Source: an uncultured delta proteobacterium (GTDB taxonomy: Bacteria; Desulfobacterota; Binatia; Binatales; Binataceae). From it: a stretch of 64,000 bases of DNA. The DNA lies in NCBI GenBank assembly GCA_963711565.1, contig CAVQEQ010000004.1:512001-576000 (forward strand), in the 5' to 3' direction. The notes under the pieces are model-generated. The model ran no database searches, was not told the origin of the DNA, and worked only from the letters and a program-made list of their open reading frames with translations. Both the position numbers and the translations under genes were made by a program. This document shows positions 28,522 to 38,385 of the stretch, in pieces. Position 1 is the first letter of the stretch. Each line of letters begins with the position of its first letter.

Positions 28522-31272
28522 ATGCGGCCACGCAATATCCTGATCGTCGTCGCGGCGGTCGTAATCGTCGCGCTGCTGGCGCTGAGCTTTTTCGATCAGC
28601 TGCTGGTCGACTACCTGTGGTACGGCGGCCTCGGCTTCGGCGGCGTTTTCAGTACCACGGTCGGCGCGGAAATCGCGATCTTCCTTATCGTGTGGCTGGT
28701 CGCGTTCGCCGCGATCTTCGTCAGCGGGCTGATTGCGATCGGCGGGAGCCGTAATCACGAGCGGCTGCGCGTGGTGCGCCGTCCCGACGAGATGGTCGAG
28801 GTCAATCTGCCCGAGCTGATTCGCGCGCTCGGCGAGCGCGTCCCTTGGCGCGTGATCGTCGCGGCGGGCGCGGCGTTGCTGGCGCTGTTCGCGGCGCAAG
28901 GCGAGGCGGCGGGCTGGGACGTCTACCTCAAGGGAATTTACGGCGTGCCGTTCGGAATCGTCGAGCAGGCATTCGGCAACGACATCGGCTTTTACGTCTT
29001 CACCGTGCCGCTGCTCGAGGAGCTGCGCGATCTGTTCCTGATGCTGATCGTGCTGTCGGCCGGGATGGCGATCGCGGTCTACTGGGCGCGCGGCGCGCTC
29101 GACTTCAAGGAATCGCCGCCGCGCATCTCGCCGGGCGCGGCGGGACACCTGTCGGTGCTGCTGGGACTGTTCTTTATCCAGCGCGCGATGAACTACTGGC
29201 TCGGCCGCTTCGACCTGCTGTTGCATACCAACGGCGTCGTGTTCGGACTGCGCTACGTCGATCGAATCCTGTGGCAGCCTGGGCTGTGGCTGCTGGTGGC
29301 GCTGTCACTCGTGGCTGCCGTGATGTGTATCTACAACGCGCGCGAGGGCGGGCTCCGGATTCCGGTTGCCGCATTCGTTATCGTGTTCGGCCCCGCGCTC
29401 ATCATGAATTTCATCCAGCCGGTAGTCGAGCGCCTGTGGGTCAAGCCCGACGAGCTGCGGGTCGAGAAGCCGTATATCGAGCGCAATATCGAGGCGACGC
29501 GGCACGCGTACAAGCTCGACACGGTTGACGTGAAACCGTTTGCCGGGCAGGGCACGCTGACGCCCGCCGCGCTCAATCAGGACGATGCGACGGTCGAGAA
29601 TATCCGGCTGTGGGACCCGCGGCCGCTGCTCGACACTTACCGCCAGTTGCAGGAAATCCGCACCTACTACGACTTTCGTGACGTCGATATCGATCGCTAC
29701 TGGATCGAAGGCAAGTACACCGAGGTGATGCTCTCGCCGCGCGAGATGAATATCGGCCAACTGCCCGAGACGGCGCAGACCTGGGTCAATCAGCATCTCA
29801 AGTTCACGCACGGCGCCGGACTGGCGATGAGCCCGGTCAACAAGAAGGACACCGAGGGGCTGCCGGTGTTCTACATCAAGAATATTCCGGCGGCGTCGGA
29901 CGTGGGCTTGAAGGTTGACCAGCCGGCGATTTATTTCGGCGAGGAGCCCGACAACTACGCGGTCGTCAATTCGGCGACGCCCGAGTTCGACTATCCCAAG
30001 GGCGCGGACAACGTGTTTTCGTACTACGCGGGTTCGGGCGGCGTACCGGTGTCGGGATTCTTCCGGCGGCTGCTGTTCAGCATCTTTTTTCGCGACATCA
30101 ATCTGCTCGTCACCGAGAATATCGTCGACAAGAGCAAGATCATGATTCGGCGCAACATCAAGGACCGAATCGCGTACCTCGCGCCGTTCCTGAATATCGA
30201 CACCGATCCCTATGCGGTGATTCTTAACGGTCACATGGTGTGGATCGTTGACTGCTATACCACCAGCGAGCACTACCCGTACTCGCAGACCAACGCCGAC
30301 GGGATCAACTACATCCGCAATTCGGTCAAGGTGGTGGTCGATGCGTACACCGGCGACACCGACTTTTACGTGTCGGATCCCGACGATCCGATAATCAAGA
30401 CCTGGCAGCGCGTGTTCCCCGCGATGTTCAAGCCGATGTCGGCGATGCCGGCGGAGTTGCACGCGCACATCCGCTATCCGGAAGATTTCTTTCTGATCCA
30501 GGCCGATACCTTCCGCACTTACCACATGACCGATCCCCAGGTCTTCTATAACCGCGAGGATCTGTGGGGGTTTCCGCGCGAAAGCTATGCCGGGCAGACG
30601 GTGCCGATGTCGCCGTACTACGTGATCATGCGGCTGCCGGGAGAGACGCAGGCAGAGTACATGCTGATGCTGCCGATGACGCCGTCGGGACGCGACAACA
30701 TGATCTCGTGGATGGCGGCGCGCTGCGACGGCGCAGATTACGGTCATCTGTTCGAGTATTCATTTTCGAAGGACAAACTTTTTTACGGCCCGTATCAGAT
30801 CCAGGCGCGCATCAATCAGAACCCGGAGATTTCGCGGCAACTCTCGCTGTGGAATCAGGAGGGTTCGAAGGTGCTGCTCGGCAACCTGCTCGTGATACCG
30901 ATCCAGGACTCGCTGCTCTACGTCGAGCCGCTGTTCATCCGCGCCGAGAACGGCCAGTTGCCGGAGCTGCAGCGGGTGATCGCGTCGTACAGTGACCGCG
31001 TGGTGATGGGCGATACGCTCGACCTGACGATGGCGGCGCTGTTCAACAATGGAGCACCGGCGCCGCCGACGATCGCCAGGGCGATTGAGAACGAGTCGGC
31101 GCCGCAGTCAATCGCGCAGGGCGGATCTCGCAAGGCCGACATGGGAAGCGCAGCGCAGCATTACAATCGCGCGATGGACGCGATCCGCGCCGGCGACTGG
31201 ACAGCCTTCGGCGCCGAGATGAAGGCGCTGGGCGACGAACTGTCAAAGCCGTCAGATTCCGGACATCAGTAG
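28522..31272 (+). CDS. UPF0182 family membrane protein
   Basis: DYLWY, DIGFYVF, NIRLWD, DVDIDRY, NYIRNSVK, YVEPLF. Confidence 0.93.
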   Translation: MRPRNILIVVAAVVIVALLALSFFDQLLVDYLWYGGLGFGGVFSTTVGAEIAIFLIVWLVAFAAIFVSGLIAIGGSRNHERLRVVRRPDEMVEVNLPELIRALGERVPWRVIVAAGAALLALFAAQGEAAGWDVYLKGIYGVPFGIVEQAFGNDIGFYVFTVPLLEELRDLFLMLIVLSAGMAIAVYWARGALDFKESPPRISPGAAGHLSVLLGLFFIQRAMNYWLGRFDLLLHTNGVVFGLRYVDRILWQPGLWLLVALSLVAAVMCIYNAREGGLRIPVAAFVIVFGPALIMNFIQPVVERLWVKPDELRVEKPYIERNIEATRHAYKLDTVDVKPFAGQGTLTPAALNQDDATVENIRLWDPRPLLDTYRQLQEIRTYYDFRDVDIDRYWIEGKYTEVMLSPREMNIGQLPETAQTWVNQHLKFTHGAGLAMSPVNKKDTEGLPVFYIKNIPAASDVGLKVDQPAIYFGEEPDNYAVVNSATPEFDYPKGADNVFSYYAGSGGVPVSGFFRRLLFSIFFRDINLLVTENIVDKSKIMIRRNIKDRIAYLAPFLNIDTDPYAVILNGHMVWIVDCYTTSEHYPYSQTNADGINYIRNSVKVVVDAYTGDTDFYVSDPDDPIIKTWQRVFPAMFKPMSAMPAELHAHIRYPEDFFLIQADTFRTYHMTDPQVFYNREDLWGFPRESYAGQTVPMSPYYVIMRLPGETQAEYMLMLPMTPSGRDNMISWMAARCDGADYGHLFEYSFSKDKLFYGPYQIQARINQNPEISRQLSLWNQEGSKVLLGNLLVIPIQDSLLYVEPLFIRAENGQLPELQRVIASYSDRVVMGDTLDLTMAALFNNGAPAPPTIARAIENESAPQSIAQGGSRKADMGSAAQHYNRAMDAIRAGDWTAFGAEMKALGDELSKPSDSGHQ

Positions 31273-31421
31273 AGCATCGGGGTCGCGTTCTTCGCGCCAG
31301 GCAGCTCGAAAGAGGCTCTCTCCACACAAAGAGTTCTTTGGGTAACTGAACAGCTGCCTCATCGCGCCTCGTTGCACTTAGAACCTTCTGCTTCCTCTGT
31401 CATCCTCAGGGCGGGGAAATC

Positions 31422-33098
31422 TTGAATGACGTTCTGAAGTATCGCGATCGGCTGGCGATTGACGCCCCGCGACCTGCTGCCGCGCGCCGATCATCTTTCG
31501 CTGATCGCATCGTTGCTATCGCCGAGCTTGGCGCTGCCACGCTCGCGGCCGAGCGATGCGCGATCGCGTTTCGCTCGAGTGGCGCGGGCGCCGACGACGT
31601 GGTGTACGCGCCGGATGGAGACTCGCGATGGGACGGTCCAATAAACGCGATCCTCGTTGCACTCGAGAATCGGATCGGTGACGCCGTTGCCGCCCGCGGT
31701 ATGAAGCGGGCGCGTCGAGCGCCGGGCTCGGCGGAATCGATCGCAAAGATCGCGCTGAGCGCCGATGAAATCGACGCAATCGCGCGGTTCGACAAAATCA
31801 GTGATGGGCATCAGGCGGCCGCGGCAGCGTTTACCGACGGTACCAGCGCGGTGCGAATCGCGATGGTCGTGCGGGCCGATCGTGCACGCGCCGAACTCGA
31901 CGCATCGCTTGGACTCATCGCGCGCGCCGTTTTCGGCGAGATGACGCTGGCCGCCGTGCGCGCATCGCTTGAATTCTGGCGAACTCACGGCGCCGAGAGC
32001 GGACGGCAGGCGGTCGATGCAAAGCGGGAGCTCGGACAAGAGCGGGCGGCAACGCATTACCTGGATGAGGCGGTTGCCGCCGCGCGGCGTGCGCACCCGA
32101 ACGAGCGCTTCGGCCGCTTCGGCCAGCTCGTCGCGGGCGGAGCCGGCTTCGACCAATGGGTGGTTGCAGTCGCGGACAGCGGCTCGTTCCTCGTGGCCGC
32201 ATCATCGTCCGGCCAGAAACAATTCGATTTGGGTGAGGCCAGCGCGCTGGCGGAAAGTTTCCGGCGCCGTATCGTGATTGCCCGCTGGCGCGATCGCGAC
32301 GAAGGCGGCGTCGAACGGGCCGGACAATATTTCGAGGACAAAATGTTCGGCGGTCCGTATGTATGTATCCCGTTCGAGTCCGGTGCAGTCGCGCTGGCTT
32401 CGCGCGACGCACGCGCATCGGCAGCGCGGGCGGAGGCGATCGTCGAGCGACTGGCGCCGTTCGCTGCGAGCTGGGTGCTGGAGCGGGAAGCGGCGCGGCG
32501 CAGCCGGCTCGTGCGTCAACTGGCGCTCAGAATGTTCTCCGCGATTGACGACGAGCGCGCCAGGATCGCGCGCGACCTGCATGATGATCAGGCGCAGTTG
32601 CTGGCGGCGGCGAAAATTGCACTCGACGGTCCGCGCGAAGCGGCGCGCTCGATCTTCAAGCAGGTCGAGGAGGAGTTGCGCCGCAAGACGCGCGAACTTC
32701 GTCCGGCCTCTCTTGGCAACGCGTCGCTCGACCAGGCGATCGAGCGCGAATTCGAGCGGCTGAAGCATGCGGGTGTGAAGGCGAAGCTTACTCACAGCGG
32801 CGCGGCAGAAAGAGTTTCGCGCCCGGTGCAGCAACTCTGCTTCCAGGTCTCGCGCGAGGCGCTGTCCAACGTGATCAAGCATGCGCGCGCGAAGTCGGTC
32901 CAAATCACGATCGAAAGCGGCGAGGCCGCTGTGCGCGTCTCGGTTGCCGACGACGGCCGCGGCGTCAGCGCCAACCAGGGCGAGGGTATCGGCCTGGCGG
33001 GCGTGCGCGAGCGATTGGAGTTGATGGGCGGGAGATTGACGTTGGAATCTCATGCGGGCGGCACGACCGTCGTCGCCGAAATCCCCGGGTCCGCCTGA
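31422..33098 (+). CDS. cytoplasmic sensor histidine kinase (HisKA_3/NarX type)
   Basis: ERARIARDLHD H-box, EALSNVIKHA, DDGRG, GIGL; no obvious TM helix. Confidence 0.88.
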   Translation: MNDVLKYRDRLAIDAPRPAAARRSSFADRIVAIAELGAATLAAERCAIAFRSSGAGADDVVYAPDGDSRWDGPINAILVALENRIGDAVAARGMKRARRAPGSAESIAKIALSADEIDAIARFDKISDGHQAAAAAFTDGTSAVRIAMVVRADRARAELDASLGLIARAVFGEMTLAAVRASLEFWRTHGAESGRQAVDAKRELGQERAATHYLDEAVAAARRAHPNERFGRFGQLVAGGAGFDQWVVAVADSGSFLVAASSSGQKQFDLGEASALAESFRRRIVIARWRDRDEGGVERAGQYFEDKMFGGPYVCIPFESGAVALASRDARASAARAEAIVERLAPFAASWVLEREAARRSRLVRQLALRMFSAIDDERARIARDLHDDQAQLLAAAKIALDGPREAARSIFKQVEEELRRKTRELRPASLGNASLDQAIEREFERLKHAGVKAKLTHSGAAERVSRPVQQLCFQVSREALSNVIKHARAKSVQITIESGEAAVRVSVADDGRGVSANQGEGIGLAGVRERLELMGGRLTLESHAGGTTVVAEIPGSA

Positions 33099-33754
33099 TG
33101 GAAGGTTACGAACGGATTCGCGTGCTGCTCGCCGACGACCATCGGATTCTTCGCGAGGCGTTGCGGATGCTGCTCGCGGCGGAGTGCGAGGTGGTCGCGG
33201 AGGCGGCGGACGGCGAACAGGCCGTCGCGATTGCCGCGCAATTGAAGCCGCATGTGGTGGTGATGGATATCGGGATGCCGGGAATCGGGGGACTCGCCGC
33301 CGCGCATCGAATCGCCAAAGAAGCGCCGGCGACCAAGGTCCTGATGCTAAGTCAGTTCGACGACGAGGAATATGTGCTCGAGGCGCTCGCCGACGCGGGT
33401 GCCGCCGGCTACCTCGTCAAGACCGACGCGTCGGCTGAGTTGCTGAGCGCGGTGCGTGCGGTTCACTCGGGGCGGCGATACCTGAGCCCCACGATCGCGC
33501 CGATCGTACTCGCGCGGCTGCGCAACGGCGCGACTGCGAAGACATCGCGCGCTGCGACTCCCACGCGGCGCGAGCGCGAAGTGCTCAAGCTGATAGCCGA
33601 GGGCGCGACGACCAAGGAGGTCGCGAATCGTCTCGGCATCGGCGTCAAGACCGCGCAGGCGCATCGCGACAACCTCAAGCAGAAGCTCGAATTGCATTCG
33701 ACCGCGGCGATGGTGCGCTACGCGATCAAGCACAAATTGATTCGCATTGATTAG
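33098..33754 (+). CDS. NarL/FixJ family response regulator
   Basis: LADDH, MDIGMP, LuxR HTH (TRREREVL); TGATG overlap with kinase. Confidence 0.94.
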   Translation: MEGYERIRVLLADDHRILREALRMLLAAECEVVAEAADGEQAVAIAAQLKPHVVVMDIGMPGIGGLAAAHRIAKEAPATKVLMLSQFDDEEYVLEALADAGAAGYLVKTDASAELLSAVRAVHSGRRYLSPTIAPIVLARLRNGATAKTSRAATPTRREREVLKLIAEGATTKEVANRLGIGVKTAQAHRDNLKQKLELHSTAAMVRYAIKHKLIRID

Positions 33755-33850
33755 CACGAGAAACGCGTTGGTTCTCGGAGTAACAAAAGGTACACATTTT
33801 GTCTCTACAATGTGACATTCTGATGCTGACTACTGCGATAGTCTCAGCCG

Positions 33851-36211
33851 ATGGAGCGGGCGAACGTAGAGGAACGGCGCGCGCGGCGCTGGTTCGAACT
33901 CGAGCCGCCCGCACCTGAACGGCTTGAACTACAGACCTCGCCGCGCGTCGCGACCGTCGCCAGCTACGTCTTCACGCGCGCCGCTGAACGCTCATGGGAA
34001 GTCCTAAATCAGTATCTCGAGGCGCCGCAAGGCGGAGTGTTCTGGATCGGCGGACCCGCGGGATGCGGCAAGACGCATTTCCTTGACTACGTGATCGCGC
34101 TGCAGAGGCGGGCAGGCGGTCTCGACGCCCAAAACGCGCGGCGGCTCGTATGCGGGCTCGAGCTGGCCGGGCGCATCACCGGCCTCGAGGTCGAGATGTT
34201 CCTGCTGAGCGTCCTGGCGGAACAAATCGGCGGGGACCCGCGCTCGGCCGATCTTTTCCGCCAACTGCGCGGCGCGGCCGCGTTGAATATCGCGTTGGAA
34301 ACCGCGTGGCGGACGGGAATCAGGGCGGTGACGGTCGCGATCGATTTTGGCGCGTCGCATAGCGAGGCTGCGGATTTTTTCGGGGTGCTGGCACAGGTTG
34401 CCGCGTCCTTCCGCCAGGTAAAGTTCACCGTGATCGCGGCCAGTCGCGCGGCGGCGCCGCAGCCAACGCGTCCGCTCAGCGTCGAGCCGCGCGACGCCAA
34501 TGAAGAAACAATTATTGCGGTGCGGCGCGCGCGCCGGCTGGTCGAGGACGCCGAACTCGACGCCGGCGAAGCCTACGCGGGAATCGATACGGCGGGATTG
34601 GCGCCCGACGCGATCTTCCCGTTCCATCCGGCCGCACTCAAGGCGCTTCGAACAATCGCCAGTCGTCCGATTCCGGATGGCGCTGGCTCCGAGCGCGCCG
34701 CGATCGTGCCGCTCTCTCGCCTCGCGCGCGAAGTATTGGCGTCGTCAGGCGGCCACGAACCGCGGGCGCGGCTGATCTATCCACCCGACCTGACGATGAA
34801 CCCGGAGATCGCAAAGCTGCTCAAGGTCATCCTGCCTGAAGCGGGGCGCGCGGCGTGGAAGATTGCGCGCGACACGATCGCCGGTCTCGACCCGTACGAG
34901 AGGGATCTGGCGCGCGAAATTGTGGATTCGCTGATCGTCGAAAATGTGTCCGGCACGACCGCGGCGCTCCCGCTCGAAGAACTGAAGTCGAGGCTGCCGA
35001 TGGTCGCATGCGGCGCTACGGCGGACGCGCAGGCGACGCCGGCCGTCCGCGACTTGATCCGCCGATTGGAGGTCTCCACCGGCGGCGTGATCCGGCTGGA
35101 GACCGATGCCGCCCGGTTCGACCCGGCCGCCGCCGGCGCGCCGGAGCTCGCGGCGTTCAACGCGGCGCTGGTGCTCGCGCGAGGCTTCGATCCGCGGCTT
35201 ACGATTGCGCGCGATCGCGAGAGTCTCGACGCGCGTCTGAATCGGCTCGACACCTCGATGGCGCTTGCGGTCGAGGGCGCGGTGCGCACGCGCGAGGTGC
35301 TCGCGTCCGCGCTGAGAGAAGCGAACCTCGAAATGCCCGCGGAGAACAACACTGTGATCGCGCAATATATCGCGCTGGCGGAATCGGGCGCGGTTGCGAT
35401 GCTTGAGGCGGCCGCCGATCGATCGTATCTGGCGTCGGCCATCCAAATCTCCGGCGCATACGAACTCCTGGCCGCGGCGGCGGAATCGATACCGCGGATG
35501 CGCGCGATGCGCGAGTACCTGGCGGCGACGGGTTTGCGTGCCACGCCGGACGAACCCGGCACCAGGGAAAACGTCTGGCAGCATTCTGCGATCATCTCGC
35601 TGGAGACCGAATGCGAACTGCTTCGCGTCGAGCTCGGGCCTCGAATCCTCACGGGACCGCCGCGCAGCCTCGATGCGTTGGAGGCGCGCTTTCAGAAATT
35701 CAAATGGACTTACGTGCAGTGTTACCTGAGCGCGCATGCGCGATGGCTGGAGAAGATGGAGCGGCTCGCGCTGGCGGCTGTAGATGCGCGGCGGTACGTC
35801 GATGCGCTCGCGCGGCTCAACGCCATCGCCGCGCTGGGGCGGCCTGAAGGCGCGCATCTTGGATCACGAGTTTCGGAGCTGAGCGCCCGCGTCGTACGAT
35901 GCGAACTGGGCGACGCAATCGCGCCCGAGACCACGCCGCGATGCTCGAGCTGTCGGTTTCAGCTCGGCGCGTCGTCGCCGCAGGCGGAACTGGAAGACGC
36001 GACGGAAGAAATTCGCCGCGCACTCGAGATCAAACTGGCGGCATTGTCGCAGAGCATGATCGCGCGGCTGATTCGGATTCACGACAAGGAGCATCGCCTC
36101 GAAGGATTTCTGAAAATCACGCAAGCCGCCCAGACCGACGCACTCGTGCGACTACTCGACGACAAGCTCGCGCGCTATCTGACGCAGGTGTTGGAAGAGG
36201 ACGGGAGGTAA
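33851..36211 (+). CDS. P-loop protein, divergent DUF6079/BrxC-like ATPase
   Basis: VASYVF, Walker A GPAGCGKTH, IFPFHP, Y..YL..H, C-terminal CxxC. Confidence 0.55.
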   Translation: MERANVEERRARRWFELEPPAPERLELQTSPRVATVASYVFTRAAERSWEVLNQYLEAPQGGVFWIGGPAGCGKTHFLDYVIALQRRAGGLDAQNARRLVCGLELAGRITGLEVEMFLLSVLAEQIGGDPRSADLFRQLRGAAALNIALETAWRTGIRAVTVAIDFGASHSEAADFFGVLAQVAASFRQVKFTVIAASRAAAPQPTRPLSVEPRDANEETIIAVRRARRLVEDAELDAGEAYAGIDTAGLAPDAIFPFHPAALKALRTIASRPIPDGAGSERAAIVPLSRLAREVLASSGGHEPRARLIYPPDLTMNPEIAKLLKVILPEAGRAAWKIARDTIAGLDPYERDLAREIVDSLIVENVSGTTAALPLEELKSRLPMVACGATADAQATPAVRDLIRRLEVSTGGVIRLETDAARFDPAAAGAPELAAFNAALVLARGFDPRLTIARDRESLDARLNRLDTSMALAVEGAVRTREVLASALREANLEMPAENNTVIAQYIALAESGAVAMLEAAADRSYLASAIQISGAYELLAAAAESIPRMRAMREYLAATGLRATPDEPGTRENVWQHSAIISLETECELLRVELGPRILTGPPRSLDALEARFQKFKWTYVQCYLSAHARWLEKMERLALAAVDARRYVDALARLNAIAALGRPEGAHLGSRVSELSARVVRCELGDAIAPETTPRCSSCRFQLGASSPQAELEDATEEIRRALEIKLAALSQSMIARLIRIHDKEHRLEGFLKITQAAQTDALVRLLDDKLARYLTQVLEEDGR

Positions 36212-36235
36212 ATCGCGACGGACTTCGTCCTGATC

Positions 36236-36493
36236 CTAACCTCGCCTTGTCCGAGGAGAGGTCGGCGCGAGCCGAAGGTGAGCGACGGGTGAGGTGCAAC
36301 GCTGGTCATCGCAGCGAGCGCGCTGACCTTTTGCAGCAAGTATGAAAGCGGTGCTGTTGTCTGGAGGCGATCCCAGTATCTGTCATATCGATAGACTAGT
36401 CGGCGTAGGTGCTCTGTCTCGCCTTGCACCTCACCCGGCGACACCACATTTCATGTGGCTTACGCCGACCTCTCCTCGGACAAGGAGAGGTTA
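36236..36493. repeat. REPIN/MITE-like element with long terminal inverted repeats
   Basis: CTAACCTCGCCTTGTCCGAGGAGAGGTCGGCG pairs with CGCCGACCTCTCCTCGGACAAGGAGAGGTTAG (1 mismatch); inner CGGGTGAGGTGCAA/TTGCACCTCACCCG. Confidence 0.8.
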
Positions 36494-36511
36494 GGACGGA
36501 GAGCTCGACAG

Positions 36512-36760
36512 CTAGCGGGCGGGCGTAGTGCGCTGTTTCTTTGGTTGTCCGGGCGGGAACGCGCTCGCACGCTTGTGCCGTGGACGAACGTTGAAACGAT
36601 CCAGCAACCGGAAGTAGGAATCGCGAACGATCTCGAGGCCCCACAGCAGCGTCAGGCCAAGCGTGCGGCCGACTCCGCCAACGACTTCCATGACAAGCGG
36701 CATGCCGCGCAGCTCCTCGATGCGGACGTCAACGCGCGCTTTCTCTTCCGTGGTTTCCAT
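36512..36760 (-). CDS. small hypothetical protein
   Basis: 82 aa ORF with ATG start, one hydrophobic segment, basic tail. Confidence 0.5.
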   Translation of the reverse strand: METTEEKARVDVRIEELRGMPLVMEVVGGVGRTLGLTLLWGLEIVRDSYFRLLDRFNVRPRHKRASAFPPGQPKKQRTTPAR

Positions 36761-36831
36761 TAAGGTTCAGAGTAAGTTGCCAGGCGCCCGCATGCAACAC
36801 GTCACACGGGCGCCTGGCAAAAATGCTGGCG

Positions 36832-37620
36832 CTATGGCGAAGATGCGGCGGCGGGCGCGGCGCCGCTATCACCCGAGCCGAGGACCGTGAGCTTTATATC
36901 GTCGAATTCCGCCTGCGAATCGTCCTGCGCCCACACTCCGATTTTGCCCTTGGCGATTTTGGCGTCATCGAAATCAAAGATCATCTTGTCGTCGTCGTAA
37001 CACATGAAGTGCCCGCCTTGCGCGGTCACCTTGAGCCGGTACCAGACGCCCTTGTCAGTCGGCACGACGCTCTGCTTGAGCCCGACCAGCGTCCCGTCAG
37101 TCATCCGCGAGAGCGCGAAGTAATCGCTGGGGCATCCGGCGGAAAGCAGGTAAAAGTTTTTTGCATCGACGTAACGGAAGATGAGGCCGCCCGAACAATC
37201 GAAGCGTCCGCCGACCGATTGGAACTGAGCTTCGAGAGTAAAGTCTGAATACTCAGTCGGATCGGTTTCAATCGCGATTGGGTAATAGGCGAGCGCGCTG
37301 GTCAGCGACTTGAGCATCCTGCCCGCGGGCAAGCCGAAGACATTGGGCTTGCTCGGCGCGCTCGGATCGGCAATCACCTGCCAGTCGCCTTCGATCGCGC
37401 TCCATCCCGTGGGCACTTCGCCCACTTTGTCCTGATCGAAATTCCACACGTGAACTTCAGGGGTCGGCGTGGCGGTCGGCGTCTGCGTTTCGGTCGCTGT
37501 CGGCTCTGCCTTTTTCTTTCTTCCCTTCGAATAAGCGGCCGGACTGACGACGAGCACCGTAAGTACCAGGCCTGCCGCAACGACTGCGACGCTTCGCAGC
37601 CAAGAATTTCCCGTCTTCAT
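36832..37620 (-). CDS. secreted protein with concanavalin A-like (DUF1080-like) domain
   Basis: Signal peptide, PT-rich linker, YSDFTLE, GLIFRY, WYRLKV, GKIGVW, FDDIK; GAGG RBS. Confidence 0.7.
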   Translation of the reverse strand: MKTGNSWLRSVAVVAAGLVLTVLVVSPAAYSKGRKKKAEPTATETQTPTATPTPEVHVWNFDQDKVGEVPTGWSAIEGDWQVIADPSAPSKPNVFGLPAGRMLKSLTSALAYYPIAIETDPTEYSDFTLEAQFQSVGGRFDCSGGLIFRYVDAKNFYLLSAGCPSDYFALSRMTDGTLVGLKQSVVPTDKGVWYRLKVTAQGGHFMCYDDDKMIFDFDDAKIAKGKIGVWAQDDSQAEFDDIKLTVLGSGDSGAAPAAASSP

Positions 37621-37885
37621 CTATCCTCTCTCTGCCCCGATGAGCTGGTGGTGTCCTGACTTCTGAGGTTGTGGATCGACAGTCTGATCGCGCGAGTCTC
37701 GCCAATGAATGCCGTCGCTGTCAAGTTTTTCGGCAGACCGTCCGATCTCACGACTCAGGCGACGAGAGATTACTTTTGGATTGAATAGCTAGATCGAAAT
37801 CTCAGTTTCGCTTTTTCTTCGTTACTGACTAATCGCGCCAATAGTCAGTTTATCGCATCAGAGTACGCAGGATTGCTTGACTGTA

Positions 37886-37911
37886 GTGGGATAGAGTGGG
37901 ATGTTGTGGGA
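37886..37911 (+). promoter_or_regulatory. MraZ-binding repeats
   Basis: GTGGGA at 37886, 37896 and 37906 with exact 10-bp period directly upstream of mraZ. Confidence 0.85.
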
Positions 37912-37929
37912 CGCTGGGGAGGAAGTTCC

Positions 37930-38379
37930 GTGTTTAGCGGTCGCTTCGACCATTCGATCGATGAGAAGGGGAGGGTGAGCATCCCGGCTCGCTTCCGTGA
38001 AGTATTGCAGCGCGAAAATCACGATCGTCTTTATATCACGAATTTCCCCTACGACGGAGAGCGATGCCTGGCGCTGTATCCGCCGAGTCAATGGGACACG
38101 CTCAACGCAAATTTGAAAACCAAGCCGCGATTCGATCCGCGGGTTCAGGCGTTCGAGACGTTCTTCATCGGCGGCGCGCATGAGGTGCCCGTCGATCGGC
38201 AGGGACGGATTCTGATTCCCACCAACCTGCGGGAATACGCGAAGCTCGATCGCGAGGTGACGTTTTCGGCGCAGCAGGATCATTTTCAACTTTGGGACAA
38301 GCAGGTCCTCGCGAAGGTTCTGAAGGCCACCGAGGAAAAAATAATGGATCCGGAATTTTTTACGAAGCTGGGTCTGTGA
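37930..38379 (+). CDS. mraZ: division/cell wall cluster repressor MraZ
   Basis: IDEKGRVSIPA and VDRQGRILIP repeats. Confidence 0.95.
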   Translation: MFSGRFDHSIDEKGRVSIPARFREVLQRENHDRLYITNFPYDGERCLALYPPSQWDTLNANLKTKPRFDPRVQAFETFFIGGAHEVPVDRQGRILIPTNLREYAKLDREVTFSAQQDHFQLWDKQVLAKVLKATEEKIMDPEFFTKLGL

Positions 38380-38385
38380 CAGGCG

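Noticed and set aside
33851-36211. Intact BREX defence system
   Set aside because: No pglZ, pglX/pglXI, brxA, brxF or helicase in the window
37621-37880. Riboswitch or ncRNA upstream of mraZ
   Set aside because: No recognisable motif; consistent with divergent promoter DNA
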